A DNA stretch of 64,000 nucleotides, taken from IMG/VR virus record IMGVR_UViG_3300027849_000009, one strand, 5' to 3'. The notes under the pieces are model-generated. The model made no database searches and was not told the origin of the DNA. It saw only the letters and a program-made list of their open reading frames with translations. This document shows, piece by piece, positions 28,690 through 37,587 of the stretch (its first letter is position 1; every line of letters begins with the position of its first letter). A program made the position numbers and the translations under genes. This DNA comes from a virus.

Positions 28690-29515
28690 CGATACAGTTT
28701 ATGGTTCTACGTCGAATGCGGCAGCAAATGGTTACAGATGGGTCATGACAAATGTTCTACCTCAACAGTTAGGATTGACTGTTGGTAATGTCATCTATCA
28801 ATACACTACAGTTAAGAATACTGATGACGATATGGTTGTCAGTGTACAGAATGAGAATGCGCGAGGCGAAGGTTATATCTTTAGATCAGTAGATGATTGG
28901 TCAGGAATACCGGGCAATAGTATAAATAAAGTCGTTCCTGCAGGCAACATAGACATATCATACTGGGGGAATGGTTCGATAGATTGGACAGGCACTGGTT
29001 CTGTTACAGATGCGAAAGTGATATACACGTATCAGTACGACCCATGTTTTGATCCGCAGACTGATCCCGCTTGCCCAGGATGGATAGCGCCAGTTAATTA
29101 CAGTATCGAAGACGCCGAAGCATACGATGCTTTATCTGAAGACTATGTTCAGAATGAACTGGATCGAAAGCAGACTCTCCAAGATGAAGAAGAGGAAGAA
29201 GAAGCGGAACGCAAGGCAAACATTCTAAGAAAGAAAAGAGAGAATGACGAACGACTAGAAGTAATGTTGGGATATGTGAATACATCCCTATTATCTGACG
29301 GTCAACTAATTCAGCATGAGATGCTAAAGGCGACAAACAATCTGTCGGGTGCGTATTATGCAACTATATCAGGTGGTAATTATCCAGAGACTATTAAGTT
29401 GATTGATAAGAAACTGCCGGATAGTAAGAGTGGTGTCAGAACCAATCTTGCGCAACAAGTGCTACACCAACAGATGGTCGACTCACAATATAATAATAAT
29501 AACGGAGAACAATAA
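28625..29515 (+). CDS. Exported protein: beta-rich domain plus acidic coiled coil
   Basis: Signal peptide, DPCFDPQTDPACPG hinge. Confidence 0.75.
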   Translation: MVLRHYWAALALLVCSCYSYSNDTVYGSTSNAAANGYRWVMTNVLPQQLGLTVGNVIYQYTTVKNTDDDMVVSVQNENARGEGYIFRSVDDWSGIPGNSINKVVPAGNIDISYWGNGSIDWTGTGSVTDAKVIYTYQYDPCFDPQTDPACPGWIAPVNYSIEDAEAYDALSEDYVQNELDRKQTLQDEEEEEEAERKANILRKKRENDERLEVMLGYVNTSLLSDGQLIQHEMLKATNNLSGAYYATISGGNYPETIKLIDKKLPDSKSGVRTNLAQQVLHQQMVDSQYNNNNGEQ

Positions 29516-30009
29516 TGTTCAAAAAATTAATGTTATCGGTAGCAATTCTGAGTGGCAGTGCAATTGCCCAAGAAGTGCCTATTACTGGCAACGTAGAATC
29601 AAAATGTATAGTACAAACTGATACACTCGGAGTATATGGTAACCCGACTCCTAGTCAACTAACTACATCATCTAATAGTGGCGGAGTAACTCCTATTATT
29701 CGTTTCGATGTGATTCAAGCAAGTTTTTATAAAGCACGAATCACTACACCGAGCGGATTCTCAGAAAGTCCTGCGCTAGATGATGTTGTAACATGGACGG
29801 GTGATGTTGCTGTAGGCGAAGTTTCCGATGCTACTATGTCATCTTATAGCACCAGCAAAGTCGAGTACGATAACACAACTGAAATAGATTTGACAGTTGC
29901 GGGCAGTACTTGGTTTAATATTACATCAACAGCAGACTACGGATATGACACAGCACTTCCTGCTGGCACTTATCGTGCTGTTGTAAGCGCGGAATGTATC
30001 GCTCTGTAA
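29515..30009 (+). CDS. Exported fimbrial/pilin-like protein
   Basis: Signal peptide AIA|QE, ITGNVESKC start, C-terminal AGTYRAVVSAEC. Confidence 0.55.
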   Translation: MFKKLMLSVAILSGSAIAQEVPITGNVESKCIVQTDTLGVYGNPTPSQLTTSSNSGGVTPIIRFDVIQASFYKARITTPSGFSESPALDDVVTWTGDVAVGEVSDATMSSYSTSKVEYDNTTEIDLTVAGSTWFNITSTADYGYDTALPAGTYRAVVSAECIAL

Positions 30010-30383
30010 TGCGTTTTTTTGTAATGCTATTATTGATGACTTTAAGCACCTATGTAATAGGTCATCAATGGACTCCAACTTATCCTACGTTGAAGAACTC
30101 TTATGTATCTGGGGTTCTTTCAACTAGGATGGAGTTGTTCAATGCTAGAAAAGAGGTGTTGTATTATCAGATTGGTGTATTTGATACCGACTTCAAAGCA
30201 GTGCCATTTGCTACCTCAGAAAAGATAATAAAGATTGAACACCTTGACCGAAGGACTGTTGACATTTTTATTAGAAATAGAGATAAAAGTAAAGCAGTAT
30301 ATATTTGTTCTAAGTCTAAGTTGTTAGCAAAGGGATCGGCAACAACCTCTATATCTTCAAGGATATGTTCTAAAATTAAATGA
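30009..30383 (+). CDS. Exported Ig-like, pilus-chaperone-like protein
   Basis: Signal peptide, TP...MELFN...YQIGV pattern similar to a PapD-like N-domain. Confidence 0.45.
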   Translation: MRFFVMLLLMTLSTYVIGHQWTPTYPTLKNSYVSGVLSTRMELFNARKEVLYYQIGVFDTDFKAVPFATSEKIIKIEHLDRRTVDIFIRNRDKSKAVYICSKSKLLAKGSATTSISSRICSKIK

Positions 30384-30393
30384 GTAAATTGTA

Positions 30394-30822
30394 GTGAGAA
30401 AGATTTTTATAATATTGATGTTAGTAAGTACCGGAGCAATAGGTGAATCTAGTTCTTTGAATCTTGCTATACCTCAATCACAACAGAGTTACCAGTCAGA
30501 CAGAATACGTGCAGGGAATATCGAATGTTCTAATGCTATCGGTTCTGCAACTAATGTTGAGTTTGGTGTTGTTGGAATCATTGGAGAGAATGATCCCTAC
30601 GGTTATAATAATAACTCTGGCGCCAGTATGAACACAGGTAGCAATAACGGTATGGTCAAAGATGTCGGTGTGTATGCTAAGATAACGATACCAATCGGTG
30701 GACCAAAAGAAAGAATAAACTGTAATACTTTGTATCAACTAGAACTAGAAAAGACTCGCTTAGAAGTTCGCAAACTGAAAGCAGAAATACAGAGTATGAA
30801 GCAACTAGAATTTGATAACTAA
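30394..30822 (+). CDS. Exported protein: beta-hairpin plus coiled coil
   Basis: Signal peptide, NVEFGVVG / GVYAKITIPIG strands, two Cys, C-terminal heptads. Confidence 0.7.
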   Translation: MRKIFIILMLVSTGAIGESSSLNLAIPQSQQSYQSDRIRAGNIECSNAIGSATNVEFGVVGIIGENDPYGYNNNSGASMNTGSNNGMVKDVGVYAKITIPIGGPKERINCNTLYQLELEKTRLEVRKLKAEIQSMKQLEFDN

Positions 30823-30836
30823 AGGATCAATGTAAC

Positions 30837-31295
30837 ATGGCAGAAGTAGAGTTTGGTGGAGTAACTTTTAGTGGCGGTAAGATGTTTGTCTTACTCTCTG
30901 CACTTTCTACTTTGGGCGGTGCTACATGGGCAGGTTTCGAGTTCTATTCCGACTACATGGATATGAAAGAGATTGTCCAGAACATCGACACTACCGAGAT
31001 AGCAAACCGAAATGCTCAGATCGAGATTAAACTTGACGAAGCAATCGACTATTCACGTAGTATCAAGAACGACCTTCGTGATGACTTCAATCGTATGGAA
31101 GGTAATGTTGACCGTATCGAAGATAAGAATCGTGATATGGAAGATAAAGTAAAGACGATGATTGATCGCGCCAGCGAGAGATTTGACTCAAAGAGAGATA
31201 GTCTTCAGAACGATACCGAGATTAAAATCAACTCTCTTGAAGATCGAATGAATAAGAAGATACAAACTGTTTTAGATAATCCTCTGGCAGATTAA
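30837..31295 (+). CDS. Membrane-anchored coiled-coil protein
   Basis: N-terminal TM then long heptad repeat. Confidence 0.7.
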   Translation: MAEVEFGGVTFSGGKMFVLLSALSTLGGATWAGFEFYSDYMDMKEIVQNIDTTEIANRNAQIEIKLDEAIDYSRSIKNDLRDDFNRMEGNVDRIEDKNRDMEDKVKTMIDRASERFDSKRDSLQNDTEIKINSLEDRMNKKIQTVLDNPLAD

Positions 31296-31299
31296 AGTA

Positions 31300-31587
31300 A
31301 TGCAAGTAACAGATAGAGCAAGAGAGAAACTCCAAAACTTCTTAGAACAACGGAGTAAAGGTTGCGGTGTGTTCGTAACAGTTAAAACAACTGGATGCTC
31401 TGGGTATGCATATCATTTAGAATTTGCAAATGACCAAGATAGTCTTATCGAAGTAGACCCCAAATACAAGTATATGTTCGAAGGAGTCATTCTTGATTAT
31501 GTCAAGCAGGGTCTTAATGAAGGATTCGAATTTGACAATCCTAACGAAAAACACAAATGCGGTTGTGGTGAATCTTTTACCGTATAA
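31300..31587 (+). CDS. iscA: Fe-S cluster assembly protein IscA/HesB
   Basis: GCSGYAY, F.NPN...CGCGESF. Confidence 0.9.
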   Translation: MQVTDRAREKLQNFLEQRSKGCGVFVTVKTTGCSGYAYHLEFANDQDSLIEVDPKYKYMFEGVILDYVKQGLNEGFEFDNPNEKHKCGCGESFTV

Positions 31588-31596
31588 AAATAACAC

Positions 31597-31626
31597 TTGA
31601 CATTCCTTATAAATCCTAGTATAATG
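31597..31626 (+). promoter_or_regulatory. Sigma70-type promoter
   Basis: TTGACA-N17-TATAAT. Confidence 0.65.
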
Positions 31627-31734
31627 CACTTAACGCTTTTATGAATACTAAATATTATCTTTTCAACAAATATCGCAAATACCAATTCTATCTTGAGAGA
31701 AAGGGTAATACTATAGATGTATATGTTTAGTACT

Positions 31735-31810
31735 ATAAATCCTATGAATGATGACTATTCATGAGATAAATGGTAATTAGGTTGACGATGTTGTGATATC
31801 ATGATATAAT
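31735..31810 (+). promoter_or_regulatory. Early promoter, family B copy 3
   Basis: ATAA-N7-GAAT-N7-ATTC-N7-AAAT, 10 nt, TTGACG-N17-TATAAT. Confidence 0.85.
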
Positions 31811-31838
31811 AACACTATATTAACCAATTGAGAAAATT

Positions 31839-32012
31839 ATGAATTTATATGATATGAACGATACAAACTTTGATAACTACCAAAACTACATTATGGACAA
31901 TGCTGATCTTTCTGAGGTCACCATCTGTAACGGAGACACACTCTTGGAGGCAGCAGAAAATTCGTACCTCCTAGAAGAGTTCATGCAATCACCCCAATAC
32001 ATTGTGGAATAA
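31839..32012 (+). CDS. Small acidic early protein (57 aa, not in track)
   Basis: MNLYDMNDTNFDNYQNYIMD...; no K or R residues. Confidence 0.6.
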   Translation: MNLYDMNDTNFDNYQNYIMDNADLSEVTICNGDTLLEAAENSYLLEEFMQSPQYIVE

Positions 32013-32023
32013 CCTTTGAGTAA

Positions 32024-32377
32024 ATGATTATGAGAAAACCACCAATATGTTGCATAGAAGATTGCGGTCAAACATCCGATCATACAGATGTACGCTATTT
32101 CGGTGAAGTGTATAGAAACCTCTGTGAGGAACATTACGAAGACCTGCATCCTATTAGAGATAGAACACATCCAATTAGACCCGAGTGTACAGTTGCAGAT
32201 TGTGACAAGTTAGCGCATAATACCGGTACCAATAAGAACGGTACTATAAACTGGAGAAAGCATTGTTATGCGCATCACCAGGATAGACTAGACCAACTCG
32301 CCTTATCAAATTCAATTTCGCTTACTCCATTTATACCAAGATCGCATCACGGTGATCTGCTACCATTTTTCGAGTGA
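32024..32377 (+). CDS. Protein with two C-x4-C...C-x2-H zinc-finger-like repeats
   Basis: CCIEDC..LCEEH and CTVADC..HCYAH. Confidence 0.55.
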   Translation: MIMRKPPICCIEDCGQTSDHTDVRYFGEVYRNLCEEHYEDLHPIRDRTHPIRPECTVADCDKLAHNTGTNKNGTINWRKHCYAHHQDRLDQLALSNSISLTPFIPRSHHGDLLPFFE

Positions 32378-32378
32378 T

Positions 32379-32454
32379 ATAAGTTCCATGAATAGTGAGT
32401 ATTCATGAGATAAATGCTAATTAGGTTGACTATGTTGTCATTTCATGAGATAAT
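32379..32454 (+). promoter_or_regulatory. Early promoter, family B copy 4
   Basis: ATAA-N7-GAAT-N7-ATTC-N7-AAAT, 10 nt, TTGACT-N17-GATAAT. Confidence 0.85.
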
Positions 32455-32484
32455 AGTACCCTAATCAGATGAGAGAGATATGTT

Positions 32485-32781
32485 ATGACTGCATTTACTA
32501 AAGAAAACTTCACTTGGGACGGCATGTACTTGATGTATCAAGGCGCGTTCGAAGGTTCTCGCACTATGGAGCAAGTGTCTCCTGACTGTCACCCATCTTG
32601 GTACGGTATGCCCGAACGTACTTTTGTTGCACGATTCAAGTATGGTAGCAAACCTTGGAAGTCGTGGGTTAACTTCCTAGTTAAGAACTTCACCATCGAA
32701 GAGTACATTGAACTAAGTAAACAAACTAGTCCGATGCAAGCGATGGAAGTCAAAGGTTTTAAAGCGAGGAAGAAAGCATGA
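32485..32781 (+). CDS. Early hypothetical protein
   Basis: F.K.NF.WDGMYL...FVARFKY. Confidence 0.7.
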   Translation: MTAFTKENFTWDGMYLMYQGAFEGSRTMEQVSPDCHPSWYGMPERTFVARFKYGSKPWKSWVNFLVKNFTIEEYIELSKQTSPMQAMEVKGFKARKKA

Positions 32782-33203
32782 AAATTTTAATGATGTGTCA
32801 AGATAGAGAGAACTATGGCGCTCATGATTGGGACGATGCAACTACCGAGTGTCCTCAGTATTGGAAGAATAAGGGCGGTAATACATATATCATAGAGAAC
32901 GTAACTGTTGCGCAGGGACGTGATGAGGCGTTCTGGCAGTTAGCAGAGGCAGCAATCGAGTCTTCGGACGATTACTTCTCTACGCATATTCTACAGCAAC
33001 AATTAGTAGATGATGATTACGACACTAGTAAGTGGATAGAGGGTTGGGAAACTCCTATTCGCTTAAATCTTGTCGGCGAAGACTTCCATGCAGAGAGAAC
33101 TCGGGGGGCATTATCTAACGTCTCAATCAACGAGTCATGGATTCAAAAAGATGGTGATAGATTGCACTACACATCCTTAAATACTACAGGTACAAACAAA
33201 TGA
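32778..33203 (+). CDS. Hypothetical protein
   Basis: ENYGAHDWD...PQYWK.KGG. Confidence 0.7.
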   Translation: MKILMMCQDRENYGAHDWDDATTECPQYWKNKGGNTYIIENVTVAQGRDEAFWQLAEAAIESSDDYFSTHILQQQLVDDDYDTSKWIEGWETPIRLNLVGEDFHAERTRGALSNVSINESWIQKDGDRLHYTSLNTTGTNK

Positions 33204-34153
33204 AGGGAAATAGAATACTTGTTACCGGCGGTGCTGGTTTCATTGGTTCACAACTGATTGCTCGATTGAATGATCGGGGTTACGAGGCGATGGGTATTGA
33301 CAACTTCAACTCCCATCTGTACGATGCATCCTTTAAACATGATCGAGTAAAGGCATTAAAGATTCCTGTTACTCATTGTGATTTTGCCTCAGGAGACATT
33401 CGCTATCTTCGTAAGACTGTCACGGACTTCGCGCCTGATCAGATTATTCATCTCGGTGCTATGGCGGGGGTGCGCGATTCGTTTGGTAAAGAAAGTGAAT
33501 ATCACAAGAACAATATTGACGGCACACAAAGAATCATTGAATTACTTCAGACATATTTACCTGAGTGTCGGGTGATTTATGCGTCTACGTCTAGTGTGTA
33601 CAGTAGCACCAAAGAACTTCCATGGAAAGAGGACAATGTTCAAGCGCACCAGTTGAATGCATATTCATACAGCAAGTATGCTAACGAATGTATGTTCAAG
33701 ATTAGTGGTCTGAATAATGTTGGTCTAAGATTCTTCACAGTCTATGGACCGTGGGGCAGACCTGACATGGCACTGTTCGACTTCACTAAGAAGATTCTAG
33801 CGGGCGAACGTATCACAGTGTATAACTATGGTAACATGAAACGGGACTTCACCTACGTCGATGATATACTTGACGGCATTGAGATAGTGATTGAGAATGC
33901 TAAGATCGAATCTGGTGAGATATTCAATATTGGTAATGGCAAGCAAGTGGGTTTAATAGACTTCATCAATGAGATTGTGAAGTGTACGGGCAAGAAATCA
34001 TTGCAAGACCTTCGCGCTCCACATCCTGCTGATGCTCTTGAAACATGGTCTGATACAACGAAACTTGCTAAACTAGGATATGCTCCGAAGGTTGATGTTG
34101 AAGAAGGTGTCGCTAAGTTCTACGATTGGTACATGGAGTACTACGGTGATTAG
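33200..34153 (+). CDS. NAD-dependent NDP-sugar epimerase (UDP-glucuronate 4-epimerase-like)
   Basis: TGGAGFIG, YSYSK, LRFFTVYGPWGRPDMA, RDFTYVDD. Confidence 0.92.
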   Translation: MKGNRILVTGGAGFIGSQLIARLNDRGYEAMGIDNFNSHLYDASFKHDRVKALKIPVTHCDFASGDIRYLRKTVTDFAPDQIIHLGAMAGVRDSFGKESEYHKNNIDGTQRIIELLQTYLPECRVIYASTSSVYSSTKELPWKEDNVQAHQLNAYSYSKYANECMFKISGLNNVGLRFFTVYGPWGRPDMALFDFTKKILAGERITVYNYGNMKRDFTYVDDILDGIEIVIENAKIESGEIFNIGNGKQVGLIDFINEIVKCTGKKSLQDLRAPHPADALETWSDTTKLAKLGYAPKVDVEEGVAKFYDWYMEYYGD

Positions 34154-34496
34154 TTATAGCACAAACTGGATGGGTCCAATCTCTACTAAGTGGTACGAAG
34201 ATAGAGACATACCATTTGTAATGGAGAAAACACTAAACTCTTCTAACACTGCATACATAGAGTACAAACACTATCTTGAATCTTATTCATGTGGACGTAT
34301 CGATATCTATGGGTTAGATCCTGAAGAATATTATGCAGGTAAAGATGAGTACGGTGTCTCGCCAATGCGTACAGAAGATTGGAACGCATTCGGCGATTGG
34401 TTAGATAATATAAATGATGAAAGTCTAACTACATACAAAGAACTGATACGTCAATTCGAAGATCACCATGGCAAACCTATAAGATGGTATAAATAG
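34146..34496 (+). CDS. Hypothetical protein
   Basis: GTG start after GGAG SD; YSTNWMGP. Confidence 0.6.
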   Translation: MISYSTNWMGPISTKWYEDRDIPFVMEKTLNSSNTAYIEYKHYLESYSCGRIDIYGLDPEEYYAGKDEYGVSPMRTEDWNAFGDWLDNINDESLTTYKELIRQFEDHHGKPIRWYK

Positions 34497-34593
34497 AGAT
34501 TACAAGGATGATGTTCTGCGTATCAAGTGGTACGTACCACAGTAGTGATAAAGGGATACACAATCGGAAAGACAAGAACAGGAGATTGTCACT
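34488..34593 (+). promoter_or_regulatory. Late promoter plus structured GGA-rich leader
   Basis: TATAAATA 34488; ACAAGGATG; perfect palindrome GTGGTACGTACCAC; SD in GACAA/TTGTC hairpin loop. Confidence 0.55.
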
Positions 34594-34803
34594 ATGCATA
34601 AGTTATTCGCATTAGTAGCAGTAGTTTTTCTAGCAAGTTGTTCTACAGTCGATGCTACCTATGACGGTGGTAAGGGTGTTGTGAATGGTGTTGCCAAAGA
34701 TACATTTGGTATTACATCAGGAACTTTTGACGTTATTTCAAACGTCATCAAAGATGTTGCTGATAAGACTGGCGTAGATATCGAAGAAGAAGACGCCGAG
34801 TAA
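34594..34803 (+). CDS. Small entericidin-like lipoprotein
   Basis: Lipobox LASC, amphipathic helix. Confidence 0.65.
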   Translation: MHKLFALVAVVFLASCSTVDATYDGGKGVVNGVAKDTFGITSGTFDVISNVIKDVADKTGVDIEEEDAE

Positions 34804-34860
34804 TTGTAAGTAAGGAGTTCGCCGACCAAGGATGGTACTATTCATTAAAGGTATTAGAGT

Positions 34861-35031
34861 ATGAAACGTGGTGAGAAAAGTTTGGAAGTAAGAGCAAAGC
34901 AACAGATTTCTATTTGTTGTAAGACTCTGTGTGAACGTGAGGTAGTCGAAGCGTATATTGAAGAGTTGGAATGTGAAATCGCTGACTTGAAAAAGTATGT
35001 TGCCGCATTAGAAAGGCAGTACAATGAGTGA
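34861..35031 (+). CDS. Small hypothetical protein (56 aa, not in track)
   Basis: MKRGEKSLEVRAKQQISICCK... Confidence 0.55.
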   Translation: MKRGEKSLEVRAKQQISICCKTLCEREVVEAYIEELECEIADLKKYVAALERQYNE

Positions 35032-35482
35032 ATATACACCAGACAATTGGGTTGTCATTAAATTTACCCAACAAGTAAAAAGTGGCAACACTGGATATGG
35101 TAGAACAGAAAAAGTGTTTTACAAAGTACTCGGTGGTTGGTCAGGCGGTTATCTGTCTGGTGATTCATGGAGACTGAACAGTGGCATCGTTGATGTTGAA
35201 GAGACTACCGATTCTTTTATCTTCATTGGTCATAGTGGTAGTCGATACATATGCGACAAGACTCAGGAATGTCTGAGAATGAATACTGCCGGTATATGGA
35301 AACAAATGCAGGAAGTTAGTGGTGATACGGCAGGAGATGTTGAAGTCGAACTGATGGAACCTGATGACGAAAGAACTCGTAAGGATTGGAAGGCGATGAT
35401 ACTCAATGTGACACCAGAAGAATTTATTGCAAAGTACGAAGACGTATTGCTACCCGTAATGAAGAGACTGGCAGACAAATGA
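35024..35482 (+). CDS. Conserved hypothetical protein
   Basis: YTPDNWV...GWSGGYL.GDSWRLNSGI. Confidence 0.75.
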   Translation: MSEYTPDNWVVIKFTQQVKSGNTGYGRTEKVFYKVLGGWSGGYLSGDSWRLNSGIVDVEETTDSFIFIGHSGSRYICDKTQECLRMNTAGIWKQMQEVSGDTAGDVEVELMEPDDERTRKDWKAMILNVTPEEFIAKYEDVLLPVMKRLADK

Positions 35483-35658
35483 ATAAGTGGTGGAGAATCT
35501 GGGCAAAGAGTCTAGGTGAGAAAGTTGGTGAGACGGACAAGCAAGCAAACACTGTTGCTAGTATTCGTACACTATGGTGGTTGACTCACATGGCAACTTG
35601 TGTAGCAATCATTCTTAATGCAATAGCAAATCACGGTTGGAGATTGATAGGATTATGA
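35479..35658 (+). CDS. Small membrane protein
   Basis: WRIWAKSLGEK, C-terminal TM. Confidence 0.65.
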   Translation: MNKWWRIWAKSLGEKVGETDKQANTVASIRTLWWLTHMATCVAIILNAIANHGWRLIGL

Positions 35659-36011
35659 AATACGTCTGGATGGGTTTAGGTTGGTTGTGTGTTGTATTAG
35701 CATATGTTGGTTTCGTCACACCTGGAATTCCATTCAGTCACTTTCTGTTGGGTGCAGTCTATTGCTTCTCGAAGTCTAGTCCTCGAATGGAGAAGTGGTT
35801 ATATAATCATCCCTGGTTCGGTGAGTTTCTTACCAACTGGAAAGAGAAGAAGATATTCCCAGTCAAAGCAAAGATCGGCATGGTCGTTATGATGTCATCT
35901 TCCCTCATTATTATGTACTACACTGTACCTAATATCATGTTGGTTGTCTATGCGGGTGTCACCATGGCACTAGTTGCTACCTTTGTCTGGTGGAAATACC
36001 CATCGTCATAA
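35655..36011 (+). CDS. YbaN/DUF454 family membrane protein
   Basis: G...PGIP...F.KSSPR...WL.NHPWFG. Confidence 0.8.
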   Translation: MKYVWMGLGWLCVVLAYVGFVTPGIPFSHFLLGAVYCFSKSSPRMEKWLYNHPWFGEFLTNWKEKKIFPVKAKIGMVVMMSSSLIIMYYTVPNIMLVVYAGVTMALVATFVWWKYPSS

Positions 36012-36082
36012 GTTCCATGAATCATGAGTATTCATGAGATAAATGGCGAAAGTGTTGACACCATCTCCAGTTATGATATAAT
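36008..36082 (+). promoter_or_regulatory. Early promoter, family B copy 5
   Basis: ATAA-N7-GAAT-N7-ATTC-N7-AAAT, 10 nt, TTGACA-N16-TATAAT. Confidence 0.85.
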
Positions 36083-36112
36083 AGTACCTCATTAGACAGA
36101 TAGAGACTTATT

Positions 36113-36409
36113 ATGAAAGACAGAATATTCAACTATGCCCACACTGATGATACTAACAAGTTCTACTTCAATCGTGTTACCGACGAGTTCACCACCAAGA
36201 TGAATTGGTATGATAACGATGACGTTGATATGATTGTCGTTGACGCAACCAATACCTCACAAGAGACTGACAACATATTCTCTTTCATCTATAAGACAGA
36301 ACCTAACACTGATCAAGTATGGATGCGCTTTGCCAATGAGTTCGAATGTCGCAACACTGACTTGATTCTTGATCCAACTAAACCTGCTTACATGATACAG
36401 GTGAAATAA
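36113..36409 (+). CDS. Early hypothetical protein
   Basis: First gene after promoter. Confidence 0.65.
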   Translation: MKDRIFNYAHTDDTNKFYFNRVTDEFTTKMNWYDNDDVDMIVVDATNTSQETDNIFSFIYKTEPNTDQVWMRFANEFECRNTDLILDPTKPAYMIQVK

Positions 36410-36410
36410 A

Positions 36411-36569
36411 ATGAATAAACTGAATCTTGTATTAGGTAGTTTGATGATGATGGGTGCTGTTGGTGCAATCGAGACTGGCAGTATGCCACTCAGTACTGCT
36501 ATGGTGTTTGGTGTGATTGGTTCAATCTCCGCAGTCTACAGTGCATATAAACTTAATGAAGAGTATTAA
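36411..36569 (+). CDS. Small two-TM protein (52 aa, not in track)
   Basis: MNKLNLVLGSLMMMGAVGAIE... Confidence 0.55.
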   Translation: MNKLNLVLGSLMMMGAVGAIETGSMPLSTAMVFGVIGSISAVYSAYKLNEEY

Positions 36570-36572
36570 ATA

Positions 36573-36866
36573 ATGACCGAGTTCACCCCCGAAGAGTTGA
36601 AAAACTCCAAACGAATCTTCAAGTCCGCAACACCAAAGTATACTATTGATTGGTATGTCAAGTGGTTTGCCTCTGTTATGGTCCTCTCTGCAATGTCAGT
36701 ACGAGGAATTGAGGGATTGATGTACTACGATCTCGCCTTGTCATACATTGGATTGATCGGGTGGTTAGCAGTCTCGTTCATGTGGAAAGATAGAGCATTG
36801 ATTTGTGTAAACGGTGTTGGTCTTGTGTTACTATCAAAGAATATTCTTTCTCTGTGGGCAGCATAA
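36573..36866 (+). CDS. Membrane protein
   Basis: Three hydrophobic helices, W.DRALI.VN. Confidence 0.7.
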   Translation: MTEFTPEELKNSKRIFKSATPKYTIDWYVKWFASVMVLSAMSVRGIEGLMYYDLALSYIGLIGWLAVSFMWKDRALICVNGVGLVLLSKNILSLWAA

Positions 36867-36873
36867 GAATGAA

Positions 36874-36943
36874 GGTTCTTATAACAAAATGTTCTAAAAA
36901 TAAGTGAGAAAAAGGTAGACAAGAACTCCAGATATGATATAAT
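36874..36943 (+). promoter_or_regulatory. Early promoter, family A copy 4
   Basis: TTATAACaaaatGTTCTAA; TAGACA(36916)-N16-TATAAT. Confidence 0.75.
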
Positions 36944-36980
36944 AAGTACTTAGTTAATCGAGATGAAGAGAGAATATATT

Positions 36981-37574
36981 ATGAATGATGTAATTGAGAT
37001 GTACGAAGCAAATGTTGTTATGAATGATTTAGTTGAGTTGTTCGAAGCAAATAGTTTAACACTTGTACTAGATGTTGACAATAAGATTGCTCGTTGTGAT
37101 CGACCTGCTCCACGTAGTCGTTTAGGTTTCAAGAGCGAGTTCCACACTCGTTACCAAAGTGTTGAGCGTATGATTCTAGTATGTACTCAGTTCATCGAAA
37201 AGCGTATTGCTAATCAGAAAGCGAAAGAAGAACGTAAGATCGCTCAGAAGTTAAATAAAGTTGCTCTTGCCGCAGATGTTAAAGTTGGTGACTTGTTCGT
37301 TGACAGTTGGGGTTATGAACAAACCAATGTTGATGCTTACCAAGTTGTTGCTAAACCTAGTGCGACTACTGTAATCGTTCGTGAGATTGGTTACGCTACT
37401 GTTAAAGATTCTGAAGGTTATGATTGTGAAAATGTTCGTCTTGTTCCTAACTCTTTCAAGGGTGAAGAGATGACCAAGAGATTAAACAACTACGGTGGTT
37501 TCAAGACTTACAGTCACTCAAGTGCTTCAAAGACTACTGCTGATGCTACTCACTACCGTTCATGGTACTACTAA
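36981..37574 (+). CDS. Early hypothetical protein
   Basis: VGD.F..SWGYEQTNVD.YQV. Confidence 0.75.
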   Translation: MNDVIEMYEANVVMNDLVELFEANSLTLVLDVDNKIARCDRPAPRSRLGFKSEFHTRYQSVERMILVCTQFIEKRIANQKAKEERKIAQKLNKVALAADVKVGDLFVDSWGYEQTNVDAYQVVAKPSATTVIVREIGYATVKDSEGYDCENVRLVPNSFKGEEMTKRLNNYGGFKTYSHSSASKTTADATHYRSWYY

Positions 37575-37587
37575 GAGAGAATATATT

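Noticed and set aside
28921-28928. TATAAATA inside the 28625 CDS as a late promoter
   Set aside because: It is intragenic and far from the next start; it could be chance in AT-rich coding sequence.
31641-31730. 29-codon ORF after the 31597 promoter
   Set aside because: No SD and very short; it cannot be distinguished from a non-coding leader or small RNA.
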